From Octopus vulgaris (Eukaryota), in contig OX597833.1 of the NCBI GenBank assembly GCA_951406725.2, positions 36,208,001 through 36,272,000 of the forward strand: 64,000 bases of DNA, written 5' to 3'. The first letter of the stretch is position 1, and every line of letters starts with the position of its first letter. Both the position numbers and the translations under genes were made by a program. Positions 44,726 to 58,118 of the stretch are shown piece by piece. The notes under the pieces were generated by a model, which was given only the letters and a program-made list of their open reading frames with translations, was not told the origin of the DNA and did no database searches.

Positions 44726-44994
44726 CGCATGTACATATGAATGCATGCGTGTGTATATATGTGCGTGTATGCATATGTATATGTATATATGTATGTATAT
44801 GAGAACCCGGATGAGCCTACGTGACAGCAAGAAACACAAATGGGGTCAGTGATATTAAACTCCTTCATTTACTAAACCACATAAGGAGCGCTATAGAAAC
44901 AGAGGCAATATTAATGGCGGTGCTCCTGCTTGGCCGTAGCCAGTAGACCGCAACAAGTTAAAAGAGTATATATATATATATATACACAACTCAC

Positions 44995-45049
<55 letters not shown>

Positions 45050-45361
45050 TATATATGCATATATATACACCTACATACACATCCCATACATGTTAAACAT
45101 TGTATATACATATATCTGTTTGTATACTCCAGTCTTCATTGAGTAATTGTTTTTTTCCTACATTTTAACAGAATATTCATTTGTTATATACATGTTTGTA
45201 TATATATGTTTATATATGTATATATACGTATATATATATATACATACATACATATATATATGTTTGTATATATATATATATCTGTACGTACGTATGTGTG
45301 TACATATATATGTAAGTATATATGTGGTTGCATGTACATATATTTATATCCATACATATAT

Positions 45362-45409
<48 letters not shown>

Positions 45410-45577
45410 TATACATATATATATATGTATGTATTTTTATATGTATATATGTATGAGCATTTACGTTTTATTTTTATGTACATGCACGTGTGTGTGAGTG
45501 CATAACTATATAATTAAATACATATATACATACACACATATATATATATGTATATATACAATATATATATATACATA

Positions 45578-45623
<46 letters not shown>

Positions 45624-45628
45624 TTTAC

Positions 45629-45670
<42 letters not shown>

Positions 45671-46184
45671 GAGAGAGAGAGTGAGAGGCAAGAGAGAGAG
45701 AGGGAGAGAGAGAGATTGTATGCTGTGTTGTTAAGAAATTCGCTTAAACATCCACGTGGTTCCGGTTTCGATCCTACTGCGTGCAGATTGGTAAAGTGTC
45801 TAAGGTTATATCACTGGCATCAACTTAAGTAAGCAGTATATAAACATAGTTGAAAGAAACTGTTAATTGATATATTTCTAAATATATATACATACATATA
45901 CATATATATGTATATATAATTTAAGTATATATATATATATATATACATGCATACATATGTATATATATATATATATATATATACATACACACACACACAC
46001 ATACACGCACATACATCTAAACATATATTGCCACTCACTATACCCACACGCACGCATTCCTTTATATTGCGAGATAAATATTATTTTCATCGTATACCAA
46101 TAAATACATACTCATGCGTTTGTGTGTACGAATATGAATACGCTAGCGCGCGCACGCAGGCATGCGTACACACTTCATAAATAG

Positions 46185-46289
<105 letters not shown>

Positions 46290-46400
46290 AATACATACAT
46301 ATATATATATATATATATACTTACATACATACATACACACATACATTCATACATACATATATACATGCGTATATATATATATAAATATGAATATGTGTGC

Positions 46401-46493
<93 letters not shown>

Positions 46494-46624
46494 TCTATAT
46501 ACGCACACACATACACCCATAAACTCACACGCACAGACGAAAGAGAACATATATATATATATATACATACATATATATATATGTATATATATATATGTAT
46601 ATATATATAACAACACCAACAAAC

Positions 46625-46757
46625 CTGAGTAACCGTTTCCGAAGCTGGAGCCGTTATAGAACGTCGTCATCTTCCACCGAGCTCGCCGCCGCACTTGACA
46701 GCACCAGAACCACTACTATCAGCAGCTACACACCACCACTTCATACTACAGCCAGAA
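46625..46757 (-). CDS. Candidate host exon carrying a start codon ([15 protein letters not shown], phase-1 donor); product unknown
   Basis: GC-richer unique island among microsatellites; acceptor-like TGTTGCTACAG at 46768-46758; ATG at 46670-46668 with A at -3; donor CAG/GTTTGT at 46625/46624. No homology recognised. Confidence 0.25.
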
Positions 46758-46849
46758 CTGTAGCAACAGTGCACATTTTGAAAACAGAATACGGAATATG
46801 TCGAATACATAAGTCTTTTTAACGATGTTTCTATTTAGCTGACACATCT

Positions 46850-48379
46850 TTTATAATTGCTGTTGTTGTTGTTGCTATCACTGTTGTTTTTGTTTTCGTC
46901 CGTTAGTGTTGTTTGTAGTTGTTGTTTAACCCCACGTCAGTTGTAAGTGAGAAGACCTATTATCAACGACGTTCCAGCCGTAACCATCCTGTCTTAATTT
47001 TATGACGTAAGACTGCAATTTGAAGGAAATTTGGCTAGTTTAGCGACTACCTTAGGGGCACGCTTGTTGGCTCGTTGCTGTTGTTATTGTTGTTGTGCTG
47101 TTGCGGTGGTGGTGGCGGCAGCGATAACCACGGTAGTGTTCCGTTGTGCCTGTTGCATGTGTTGTAGTGTTATTGTGACTGTGTTGTAGTGGCTACATCG
47201 TGTATTGTTGTGGTTTGTGTTGTGGAGTTCTGGTTGTGGTGTTTTGTCGCTACGTTATAGTAGTGTCATGTTGTATGTGCAACAGTGTTATGTTTATGAA
47301 TTTGTTGTGCTGTTGTGGCGTTAATATTGGAGCGTGTATTTTTTTTTCTGTAAAACTGTGTTGTGGTGATTGGAATGTTGTGGTTGTTCTCTAGTTGTTG
47401 TAATGTTGTTACTGGTAGTATTTGCGTGGTCTTGTAGTGATGAAGTTATGCGGTCTGTATTGTAGCGGCTATTGTAACTAACTCTAACGTTGTTCTGTTG
47501 CGCTTTCTGTATTACTTAATTTTCTTCTGGCTCTCTTGTTGCGGTGGTAGTATAACAGTTGTGATTTACAGTGGCTCTGTTACCGTTGAGGCGGTGGTTG
47601 TGATGTAGCGTTACAGAGGGAGTGTTACTGTAATTAAGTGATGTCTGCGTAGTTTCTGATGATCGGGCTATTGTTGTGGTGGTAGCTACACTGTTGGAGT
47701 TGTAGTAGCTCTAGTATTGTGGTTATTATTTGTGGTTATTATTTGTTGTAATCTTATTACCATGTTGCTGTTGTTGTTGTTGTTGTCGTTGTTGTTGCTG
47801 TTGTTTCTGCTGTTGCTGTTGTTGTCATAACAGTTCTGACGTCCCAACGCTGGTGGTTGGTGGTTGTGGTCACTCCGTTGCTATGTTGTGCGGTGGCTGT
47901 GTTGTGTTGCTTGTTATGTAATTGTAATGATAACAGGTTTTTTATTGAGGTGACGGTGGTATTGTTTAGGTTGTAGTATTCTACTGCAGCTGTGTTCTTG
48001 TGGATGGTACTGTTGTGGCTGTAGTGGCGTTGTTAGAGTGTTTAGGCTGAGGTGTCTACACACGTATCTCTGATGTTGTGATGTTATGGTTGTGTATACG
48101 TCTATAATCACTGACACACTGTTGCTGCTGGTGTCTATCATATTGTTGTTGTGATTACCATAATCACGTTGCTATGGTGATAGCAAGGCTAACAGTTGTA
48201 GTGATAGTGTTGCTGCTGGTAGTGGTGATGGTGAGTGTTACTGGTGGTGATGGTGGTGGTGGTGGTGGTGGTGGCGGTGGTGGTGATTTGTAGCAGTGAT
48301 GGGGGTGATGGTGGTGGTGGTAGTGTTCATGGTGAGATATTGATGGTGGTAGTCGTGTAGATTGTGGTGCTAGTGATGC

Positions 48380-48432
<53 letters not shown>

Positions 48433-48625
48433 GTGATGGTGATGGTGATGATGATAATGATGATGATGGTGATGACGACAACGATGATGATGATGATGGT
48501 CGTAGTGGTGATGATTGTAGCGATGATAGTGATAGTTGTGGTGGTGTGATATTCATGACTGTGGTGGTAGTGAAAATGTTGATGACGATGATGATGATGA
48601 TGAGAAAGATGATGATGATGATGAA

Positions 48626-48674
<49 letters not shown>

Positions 48675-49030
48675 GTGATGGTGGTAGTGACGGCGTTACG
48701 GTGGTGGTGGTGCTGGAGGTGCTGGTGCTGGTGATGATGATAATGGTAGTTGTTGGTGATTATAGTGGTGATGGTTATAATATTGGTAATAATAATGTTA
48801 GTGGTGGCGGCGGCGGTAGCGGTGGTGGAGGTGGTGGTGGTGGTGGTGGTGGTGGTGTTGGTGGTGGTGTTGGTGGTGGTGGTGGTGGTAATTATTCTTG
48901 TCGTGTTTTTCGCTATTAATGCAGTTATTTGGTGTTGTTATTTGTTCTTGGTGTTCTTCTTGAGACTGGTGCCGCTACGGTTGTTTTTATTGTTCAATGT
49001 TTGTTTTTTTTAGTGAATTTGGTGTGTTCT
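46850..49030. repeat. GT-rich trinucleotide low-complexity domain ((GTT)n, (GGT)n, (GAT)n)
   Basis: Degenerate GTT/GTG/GTA triplets grade into pure GAT and GGT runs at 48240-48890. Confidence 0.93.
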
Positions 49031-49049
49031 TATTATTAGTAGTATTGTT

Positions 49050-49470
49050 GCTACTCCGCCGAGGTCGACTTGGCCTTTTATCCTTTCGGTATCGATAAAT
49101 TAAGTACCAGTGATGCACTGGGGCCGATGTCATCAACTAGTCCCTTCCCCTCAAATTTCAAGCCTAATGCTTTTAGTAGAAAATATTATTAGTATTATTC
49201 TTGCAGTTGTTGTTGTTGTTGTTGTTGTTGTTGCCACTGCTTTTCTGTTGCTGATGATGTTGTTGTTACAATAGTCATCATTGTTTGTTATGCTTAGCGG
49301 AATTTCCTCCGTTTTCACATTCTTAGTTCAAATTCTGCCGAGGTCCACTTTGCTGTCAGGATCCTGTGGGTTTCGATAAAATAAGTACCAGTTGAATACT
49401 GGGATCAATGTAATCGACTTAGCCCCTTCCATCGAAACTGCTGGCCTTGTACCAAAATTTGAAATCGAAA
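49050..49470 (+). mobile_element. Two partial SINE family B copies (alternative tail)
   Basis: CCGCCGAGGTCGACTT..TAAGTACCAG cores at 49055-49190 and 49290-49470. Confidence 0.8.
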
Positions 49471-49491
49471 TTAAATATTGCTGTTTTTCTT

Positions 49492-49896
49492 ACTCTTTTA
49501 CTCTTTTACTTGTCTCAGTCATTTGACTGCGACCATGCTAGAGCACCGCCTTTACTCGAGCAAATCGACCCTAGGACTTATTCTTTGGAAGCTTAGTACT
49601 TATTCTATCGGTATCTTTTGCCGAACGGCTAAGTTACGGGGACGTAAGCACACCAGCATCGGTTGTCAAGCGATGTTGTGGGGACAAACACAGACACACA
49701 AACATATACACACACATACATATATATACATATACATATATACGATGGGCTTCTTTCAGTTTCCGACTACCAAATCCACTCACAAGGCTTTGGTCGGCCC
49801 GTGGCTATAGTAGAAGACACTTGCCACGCAGTGGGAATGAACTCGGAACCATGTGGTTGGTAAGCAAGCTACTTACCACACAGCCACTCCTACGCC
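49492..49896 (-). mobile_element. SINE family A, full length
   Basis: Matches 27500-27947 and 62459-62878. Confidence 0.92.
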
Positions 49897-50207
49897 TGTT
49901 GATTTTTTTTTTACTCTACCATTGTTTTGTTTTCATCCTCAGCTCAAACATCATTGAGCAGGCGTGTGGTCACTAGCGTTCCAGTCATACCCATCCCGTT
50001 TTGTTTGTTAGGGACAATATTGCCAAACGTGTGCTTCACTTTTAAAATTCGCTAGCGTGTGATTTGAGATAGTTTTAGCTGCTATTTTTTGCAGGTTGAG
50101 CATCGTCATTTGTTCATCATTTTATTGTTGTTAGTGCTGTTTTTCTTGTTGTTGCTACTGCAGCTGGTGGCGGCGGCAGCGATGGTGACGGTATTTTGTC
50201 CCATCAA

Positions 50208-50440
50208 GGCGGCGAGCTGGCAGAATGGTTAGCACGCCGGGCGAAATGCGTAGCCGTATTTCGTCTGCCGTTACGTTCTGAGTTCAAGTTCCGCCGAGGT
50301 TGACTTTGTCTTTCATCCTTTCGGGGTCGATTAAATAAGTACCAGTTACGCACTAGGGTCGATATAATCGAATTAATCCGTTTGTCTGTCCCTGTTTGTC
50401 CTCTCTGTGTTTGGCCCCTTGTGGGTAGTAAAGAAATAGG
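50208..50440 (+). mobile_element. SINE family B with 15-bp TSD
   Basis: TSD GGTATTTTGTCCCAT at 50190-50204 and 50439-50453. Confidence 0.93.
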
Positions 50441-50905
50441 TATTTTGTCCCATAGCTCTCTTAGACTCAACAAATCCATGATCACACACGGTCAAACTAC
50501 AACCATTCAGTTCTTACCTCGGACATAGTATATCTAGGAGGACATTATCCAATGTTTTACTCCAATTTCAAGATAACAAGAGGGATTTTAGCTGCTACTT
50601 CTAGCATATCGTGCTACGGCGTAGAGGCGCCATCGTTGTATCTGTTGTAATTGTTTAGTATCGATGTTAACTACGCCGATTGTCAATCCTTGCGTTTTCT
50701 CACTGTCCTGAGTTCAATCCTAACAGGCATCACAGTAAACCTGCTTTTGCCCTTTTAACTATCTGTGTGTGTGTGTGTGTGTGTGTGTGTACACGTATGA
50801 GTGTACGTGCATGTCTATGCGTGTGTGCATAAACAAATCTAACGCAGCAACCCCTTCTTTCTCTCTTTCGCTTTCATTGTGATTGAACGTATATACATGT
50901 ATGTT

Positions 50906-50937
<32 letters not shown>

Positions 50938-51001
50938 TGTATGTATGTTTGTGTGTGTATGTATGTATGTATCTATCTATCTGTTTATTTATATATATAT
51001 A

Positions 51002-51042
<41 letters not shown>

Positions 51043-51061
51043 CCACACACACACACACACA

Positions 51062-51287
51062 TACGTTGAGGTGCTGAAAAGTTCCTGCTTTTCAGGGTAT
51101 CGCGGCGGGCCGGTTAGAGACCCAACCTTCCGTTTTCTTTTACAGGGCTTAGAATAAAATAAAGGACCGCTGCAATAAGTGGGTGAATTTGAGAGGGGAA
51201 CATACTGAGTAAAATCAAATTAACTGATCCTCTTGTTTTGGGTTTTTTTTTTAACCCAAAACCAGTAACTTATCGGCACACTCTCGT
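51062..51287 (+). mobile_element. Mariner-derived MITE
   Basis: TIRs GAGGTGCTGAAAAGTTCCTG and CCAGTAACTTATCGGCACACTCTCG. Confidence 0.78.
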
Positions 51288-51327
51288 TCGCATACATAAA
51301 TATATACATAATTGCATACATGTATGT

Positions 51328-52500
51328 ACAAGGTATGTCCAAAACGAAAGCAAACTTCAATAAATTGTTAGTTTACTTGCAAAATAGTTCCCTTCACCAA
51401 TGTTGTTACACCGCTCATAACGATTTTTTTTCTTTTAGTTTTGGGATGCAATTTCAGAAATAGTTGCACAGTTGTAGAGTGAATTTTTCTCCAACTAATT
51501 CTATCGTCTGAAATCGAGTACTATTATGGTTGAATTTCAACAGTAAAAGACAAACAGGCCAACAAGGGGTCAAATGCATAAAGAAGGGCGGTTTGGAGAT
51601 GAGAGTCGTCTCGTGTTTTGTCAAAACAACCACAGACACGAAGTGACGCACTGAATTTTTTTTTTGTTTTTTGTTGATGCCCGACGCTCTTCTTCAGTAC
51701 TGTTTCATAGTATTCAGGTAAAAGGCTTTGTTGATTGCCTGACAACGTGGAATAAATTTATGGTCTACGACACCCTTTCAATGAAAATAAAAATCACCTT
51801 CACATTTGAGCCTTTCTGACGTACTTTCTTTGCGTAGGAAATTACCTCGGCCATGAGCCAAATCACTGAAATGACTACCTCGTTGTTTTGACATCCGAAG
51901 CTCTTGGCGTGTGGTGGTGTAGCTGAGATTGTGGGGCACTAATCAAGAATCTCATGCCTAGTTGGAAAACACGTCTTTTCTGTAACAACCAGCACTTAGC
52001 CGAGATAACAATCCAAAAAGTATCTTTACATTCCGTCCCCAGTTTTGGCGCTATTCAGAAAGCCTTCATCAACGTTCAACCGATCAAACATGACTGTGAC
52101 GTGATACGGTTCCCTTTAGTCCACAAAATTCCCTGCGACATGATGCATTTTCAAGTTTCATTTAACATCGCGTGGCATAAATTTTTACTGACGCTTTCAA
52201 CATCGGAAATTTCACCAATAGAGTCAGGTTATGATTTTTTACGGATCACAGCACGCATTTTAGCAATGTGATCAGCATTTCATGCCATAGAAGTTCGTCC
52301 AAATGCTGAATTGTCTTCAGTTGATGTTTTTCCTAATTTCAAACACTGGTACCAAACGCATTCTGCAATATAGGAAAGTCTACGAATTTTCTTCTCCAAA
52401 TTTGAAACAGAATTTCACACAAACAATTTTACTCTTCAGAATCATCTCCTGCTCAGTTTGCAACATATTGCGCAGTGCATTAGACATACCGTTACTTTAG
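51328..52500 (-). mobile_element. Very degenerate mariner transposase relic, interrupted by a Dong-like RT fragment at about 51880-52025 (+)
   Basis: IVCVKFCFKFG, KTSTEDNSAFGRTS, IAKMRAVIRKN and KPPFFMHLTPC..STRFQTIE resemble mariner motifs; the insert ALIKNLMPSWKTRLFCNNQHLAEITIQK is homologous to 55122 onward. Confidence 0.6.
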
Positions 52501-52844
52501 CATATGTAGATCAATAATTGACGTGGCGATGTGTGAGTCTTTGTCAATTTGAATTAAAGCTCGTCCACACGCAGCACTGCAATGGACAATACGTACTCTG
52601 CATCAATTTGTTTAAAAGATCGGTTCCGCTTTTGATAAACATCGGGCATGTTTACGTATTTCCGACTTTGTGTAGCACCAGAATACATTGTATTTGAAAT
52701 CCTACTTGAGTCAAGCTTATTATTCTGCGTGAGAGGATATCTCAACTCCGAGTGAAAAATATAATGTGCCAATCGTATACCGGAAAACGATATGTTGGAC
52801 TACCTCTACCCCAAATCATATGGTCAAGTGGCAATGGAAACATT

Positions 52845-53035
52845 AAGGATCCTTTCTACTATAAGCATAAGGCATGAAATCTTGGGGAATACGGCAAGTC
52901 GGTTACATCGAACCCAGTGCCCAAACAGTATTCATTCCATCGACCCCGGCAAAATTTGAACTCAGAGCATAAAGACGGACGATATGCCCCTAAGCATATT
53001 TCCCGGCGTACTAATGATTCTGCCAGCTGGCCGCC

Positions 53036-53037
<2 letters not shown>
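52845..53037 (-). mobile_element. SINE family B (alternative tail) abutting (TAA)n
   Basis: Head GGCGGCCAGCTGGCAGAATC on the minus strand; (TAA)n at 53038-53117. Confidence 0.8.
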
Positions 53038-53120
<83 letters not shown>

Positions 53121-53134
53121 TAACAACAACAACT

Positions 53135-55122
53135 ACGGCGATGCAGTATAGTTTAAAAAAGCAGTCAGTTCTAAGACTAACTAATGCATTAATGAGGAAA
53201 ATGTCAGGAAAAATGTCGAATTAGAAGGACCCAGGACCAGATTTAGTTCAAGGCTAAAGAAATTTAATAGTTTACCTAGGAGGCTGAGGGAGCAACTTCG
53301 GGATTGTCTTACTGGAGGAATAATACCTGATTGGATGACTAGAGGGAGGACAATACTCATTATGAAAGATAAAAGCAAGGGTGATACAGCTAGCAACTAT
53401 AGACCAATCAGTTGCTTACCATTAGTGTGGAAGCTGTTAACAGGAATACTTTGAGAAAGCATTTACGAGCACCTTGCCAACCAGAATTTACTGCCAGAAG
53501 AACAGAAAGGTTGCAGGAAGAAGATTAGAGGAATGCATGATCTATTATACATAATCAAAGCAGTTCTAAATGAAGTAAAAGCTAGAAAGAAAAAAATCTA
53601 ACAATAACATGGATACATTATAAGAAAGCTTATGACATGATCTCACAGTCATGGATAATTAAATGTTTGAGTATATTCAGTATAGCAGATAACGTAAAAG
53701 AATTAATTAGCTTTAGCATGAAGAAATAGTAAGTAGATATCTACTCAGGTGACACACTCTTAGCGAAAGTTAGAATAAAAATTAACCATCTACTCTACAT
53801 AAATAATCTGAAGCTTTTTAGTAAGGATGAAAAAAAGATACATTCCTTAATACAGACTGTAAGCCTCTTCAGCAAATATATAGGCATGGAATTTGGTATA
53901 GATAAGAGTGCAATATTAGTCATGAGAGGGGGACAGGTAGTCAACAGACATTAAAATCATTGAAAGGAGAAAGTTAAAAGTATCTAGGAGTATTAGAATC
54001 TGACAGAGTACTAACTACAGAAAGGAAAACGAAAATTGAGAAGGAGTACATCAGAAGGGTGAGGAAGCTAATGAAGTCAAAGCTAAATGGTCCGAATCTA
54101 GTGAAGGCTGTAAATACTTGGGCAATATTATTACTTAAATACTCACAGCTTTTGTAGATTGGACAAAAACTGAATTAGCAAAGCTAAACAGAAGAACTAG
54201 GAAGGAATTCAATATGAATGGAGGACTCCACCCAAGGGCAGGAGTAACAAGATTATACTTACCTAGAAAGGAAGGTGAAAGAGGGTTAATAACAGTAGAA
54301 GACTGCGTGGAATTAGCTACAGCAGATATAGACTCCTATGTAGGTAATAGTGAAAAAAGTTGCTAGAGTCACAGCAAGACATAGAGAAACCAAAAACCCG
54401 AACGAAGTTAAAAACCAGAAAAAAGAACAGAAGTTATCTGACTGGCAGGATAAGTCGTTGCACGGTAGGTTCCTAAAGATCGTTGCAGCAAATAGTAGTA
54501 GTGAGACATGGTTATGGTTACAGAAAGGAAACCTGAAAAGGGAGGCCGAAAGTTTGTTAGTAGCTGCATAAGATCAAGCGTTAAAGACTGATTGGATAAA
54601 AGCCAAGATAGAGAAAAACCAAGTAGATTCCCAATGTAGGTTATGCAAATCAAAAGAGGAAATAGTAACTCATATAATAAGTGAATGTAGCATGCTGGCA
54701 CAGAAAGAATACAACAAAAGACATAACAACCTAGGGAGAGTAATCCACTGGGAGTTATGTAGAAAGCTAGAATTTGAATATACTGATAGATATTATGAAC
54801 ATGAACCTAGTAAAGTACTAGAAAGTAAGAAATACAAAATGCTGTGAGACTTTAACATTCGGAATGAGAGAGTAATAGAAACTAGAAGCCCCGATTTAGT
54901 AGTAGTAGATAAAGAGAGTAGAAAGTGCCAGATAATTTACTTTAAAGTCCCAGATGAGGAAAAAAATCAATATTAGTAGTATAGAAAAATAGCAAAGTAC
55001 CAAAACCTAGCCATTGAATTACAGATACTGTGGAAAGTGAGGGTAAAATGTATCCCAGTAGTTATAGATGCATTGGGAACTATCCCTAAAGATCTGAACA
55101 GGTGGATAGAGGAAATAGGCAA
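53135..55122 (+). mobile_element. Dong/R4-clade non-LTR retrotransposon relic (RT, CCHC, RLE)
   Basis: PGPD, NYRPISCLPLVWKLLT, EQKGCRK, YKKAYDMI, IGMEFGIDK, KYLG, LYLPRKEGERGL, CRLCKSKEEIVTHIISEC, RSPDLVV, KIAKY, IPVVIDALG; the QGD motif region is deleted; preceded by (TAA)n. Confidence 0.93.
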
Positions 55123-56720
55123 GCCTAGTTGAAAAACTCGTCTTGTCTGAAACAGCCAGCACAGCCGAAGTAACACTCAAAAGAGGTATCTCAGGGAGAT
55201 TTTTGTTCCCCTTTGCTCTTTGTTATAGCCTTGCTCCCACTTCCTGTAGTTCTACGCAAAGTCAAAGCACTACGAGGTGAGGAAGAATGGACCTCGTCTC
55301 AACAACCTCTTCATGGATGATTTCAAATTGTTCGCAAAAACAGAGTGAAATGGAGAGGCTGGTTGAGACTGTGTAGATGTTCAGCAAAGATATAGGAATG
55401 GAATTCTGGATCACAAAGTGTGGGGTGTTCACTTTGAAACGAGAGAAAAAAGCAGATTGCAAGGGCATGGAATTGCCAAACGGAAAGTGAATGGGAGACC
55501 TTGATGACGGTGGGTACCAGTACCTTGAGATCCTGGATAAGACCACTGCTGCGTATTTCAAGCGCCTCAAACTTCTGTTGAAGTCAAAACTCAATGCAAG
55601 GTACCTTGTGACTGCCGTCAACATATGGGCTGTTGTTGTGGTCCGCTATAGTGTACCCATTCTGAAATGGACACGAGCGGAGATTGACCAACTCGATCGC
55701 ACTACCCGAAAGACGATGACAATGCATAGTGCCCTCCACCCTACGGCGAACGTACATGAAGAGTACATGAACGTGGCCTGATAAGCGTACGGCAGTGCAT
55801 CGACAGAGAAAGAAGAAACTTGACAGAGTATTTGGTAAACAGCGAACAAGACCTGTTACAATATGCTGCTAATGCAGAAGGATTTACCAACAATTGAGCT
55901 GAGAGTGATAACTCTGATCACGAATAGCCAACAAGAGATAAGTACCACTACTCTGTGAGAAATTACATGGCCAATTCTACCGTGAAACTAACAACTTAAA
56001 AGACTAGGAAGCATCAATGATGTGGCTCAGTAAAGGTAACCTTAAAAAGATAACTGAAAGCCTAATCATCGCTGCCCAGGCCCAGGCATTGAATACCAAT
56101 TCAGTGAAAAGAAATGTATACACCACATAAGTGCAACGGGCCTCAGCAGGATATGTGGGAAGAAGTTCGAAAGCGTGACTCACATCGTTAGCGCTTGTGA
56201 AAGCTCGCGCAGAAAAGGCACAAGCGCAGATACAAGTTAGCCACAAAACCTTCATTGGCTACTATGCCGGATATATAGATACGAAGTAACGAGTGTTTGG
56301 AACCAACACACATCGGAAAACGTAATAGAGGAGAACGGGAAGGCAAAGACCCTTTGGGACTTGGACTTCCAGATAGACAATGTGTAAGAGCATCGAGAGC
56401 CGGATATAGTAGCCTTTAAGAGAGAGAGTCGCAAGAGGCCTAATAATTGAGGTAGCACTGCCAGGAGATCGACATATTGTCATGACAGAAAGAGAAAAAG
56501 CCGACAAATACAGAGAACTGAAAATTGAGCTTTCCAACATGTAGCAGCCGAGTGAGTCAAACATAGAGGTTGTTTCTGTTATTGTTCGAACATTGGGTTA
56601 GATACCAATCTAAAGAAACATCTGGACATTTTGAAAACACCCTACAGTCATGGTGCATTGCAAAAATTGGTCTTTCTTGGAACTACATGCACATTGCGTC
56701 TTTGATAGACATCACAAATC
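55122..56720 (+). mobile_element. Second Dong/R4-clade relic directly in tandem
   Basis: QGD..PLLFVIAL, FMDDFKLF, IGMEFW, YQYL, KSKLNARYLVTAVNIWAV, ESLIIAAQAQAL, RPD-like and KYRELK RLE motifs; followed by CAA/TAA repeats near 56780. Confidence 0.9.
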
Positions 56721-56819
56721 CCTAGCACATATTACCTTTAATCTACATCACAATGTTGGATACAACTGTGAGACGTCTTCAACAACAATAACAATAATAA
56801 TAACATTAATCATGATCAT

Positions 56820-57020
56820 AATCCTTTCTACTAAAGGCACAAGGTCTTAAATTTGTGAGGAGGGGACTAGTCGATTACATGGACCTCAGTGTTACGCTGG
56901 TACTTAATTTATTGACACCGAAAGGATGAAAGGCTAAGTCGACCTCGGCGTAAAGACGGACGAAATTCCGTTAAACATCTTGTCCGGCGTTGCAACGATT
57001 CTACCAGTTTGCCGCCTTAC
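56820..57020 (-). mobile_element. SINE family B (alternative tail)
   Basis: Core CTGGTACTTAATTTATTGACACCGAAAGGATGAAAGGC; flanked by TAA/CAA repeats. Confidence 0.8.
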
Positions 57021-57054
57021 CAATAACAACAACAACAGCAATAACAACAACAAG

Positions 57055-57420
57055 AACGCGTGCCTCAATTCCAGTATCCTTCACCAACGTATGTAGCAGT
57101 TTGGTTGTTGTGTCAAGTGCGCCAATTATTACGGGAATAATTCTCACTTTTGTTTATCACTACCTCTTCATCTCTCTGGCTTTGTTCAGGTATCTCTATT
57201 TTTTTTTCAGTTTTTTTCTCTTTGCTATTCATTGTATTATATATGGTATTGTAAATTCGTTGATCTTACATTTTATTTTTCTTTTGTACTCATTAATTAT
57301 ATCTGGTCTCCTTGCTTCTATGGTATACTCAGCCTTTATAGAGAAATCCTGCAAAACCATTTAATTAATTTTCTCCATCACAGCCGCTGTTCTCTGACCA
57401 CTTTTTTTGTTACTTTGAAT
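57055..57420 (-). mobile_element. Dong/R4-type RLE-domain fragment
   Basis: Minus strand LQDFSIKAEYTIEARRPDII and KVRIIPVIIGALD. Confidence 0.8.
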
Positions 57421-57501
57421 CTGTTCATTCGGTTAACATCTCTTTTACCTGCGCTTATAGCCTTTTTTTCCCGCCAACTCACTACAATTCCTATCTATCT
57501 A

Positions 57502-57530
<29 letters not shown>

Positions 57531-57532
<2 letters not shown>

Positions 57533-58080
57533 TCTCTGGTCAATCTCTCATCAACTTCTTCAAGTATCACTTGAAGAGGAAAGTGAGAGTAGAGAGGCAA
57601 GTTTTGTCTAGTGAATGTTTTAAAAAAAAGATGGGTGAATGTAGCAAGGATGGCAAGTATGAATGTCGAAGCCACCTTGGCTATGATTCTATGAACCGTA
57701 AAAATTAATACAGAGTTGCTTATTTGCAAAAAAAAAAAAGAAATATAACATGTGACTTCAATGACCGAGGTTACCGTGGTCTTTTCCGTAGGCTTTTCTT
57801 TCCACGGGTAAACCTCACCTGTCCTCCCTTTTACACTTCATATTGACATTTCTGTGATAACGATCCCTATTGATCAATTTTTTCCTTTCCCTTTCCCCCC
57901 CTTTTTATTTTATTTTATTTTATTATTTTTTTTACCCGCCCCCACCTTTTTGTCCTCTTTCTTTCCTTTTACGATCCCTTTTGATCGAAAACCAAACCCT
58001 TTTTTTTACCCCCAAAAGAAAAGCTCTACCTTGTAATTTGTCCTGTCTGTGTGCAGCCATGTGTGGCTAATAAAGAAACA
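57531..58080 (+). mobile_element. 3' end of a Tx1/L1-like LINE inserted in (CTAT)n
   Basis: LINFFKYHLKRKVRVERQVLSSECFKK/RWVNVARM resembles Tx1-type ORF2 ends; pyrimidine-rich UTR; AATAAA at 58069; (CTAT)n on both flanks. Confidence 0.55.
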
Positions 58081-58083
58081 TAC

Positions 58084-58118
<35 letters not shown>

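Noticed and set aside
48164-49013. Poly-Asp/poly-Gly/poly-Ser ORFs resembling biomineral or structural proteins
   Set aside because: Overlapping frames of GAT/GGT triplet runs with no codon-position preference or exon boundaries.
53135-56720. A single intact LINE ORF
   Set aside because: Two separate overlapping-domain relics, each with stops, frameshifts and deletions.
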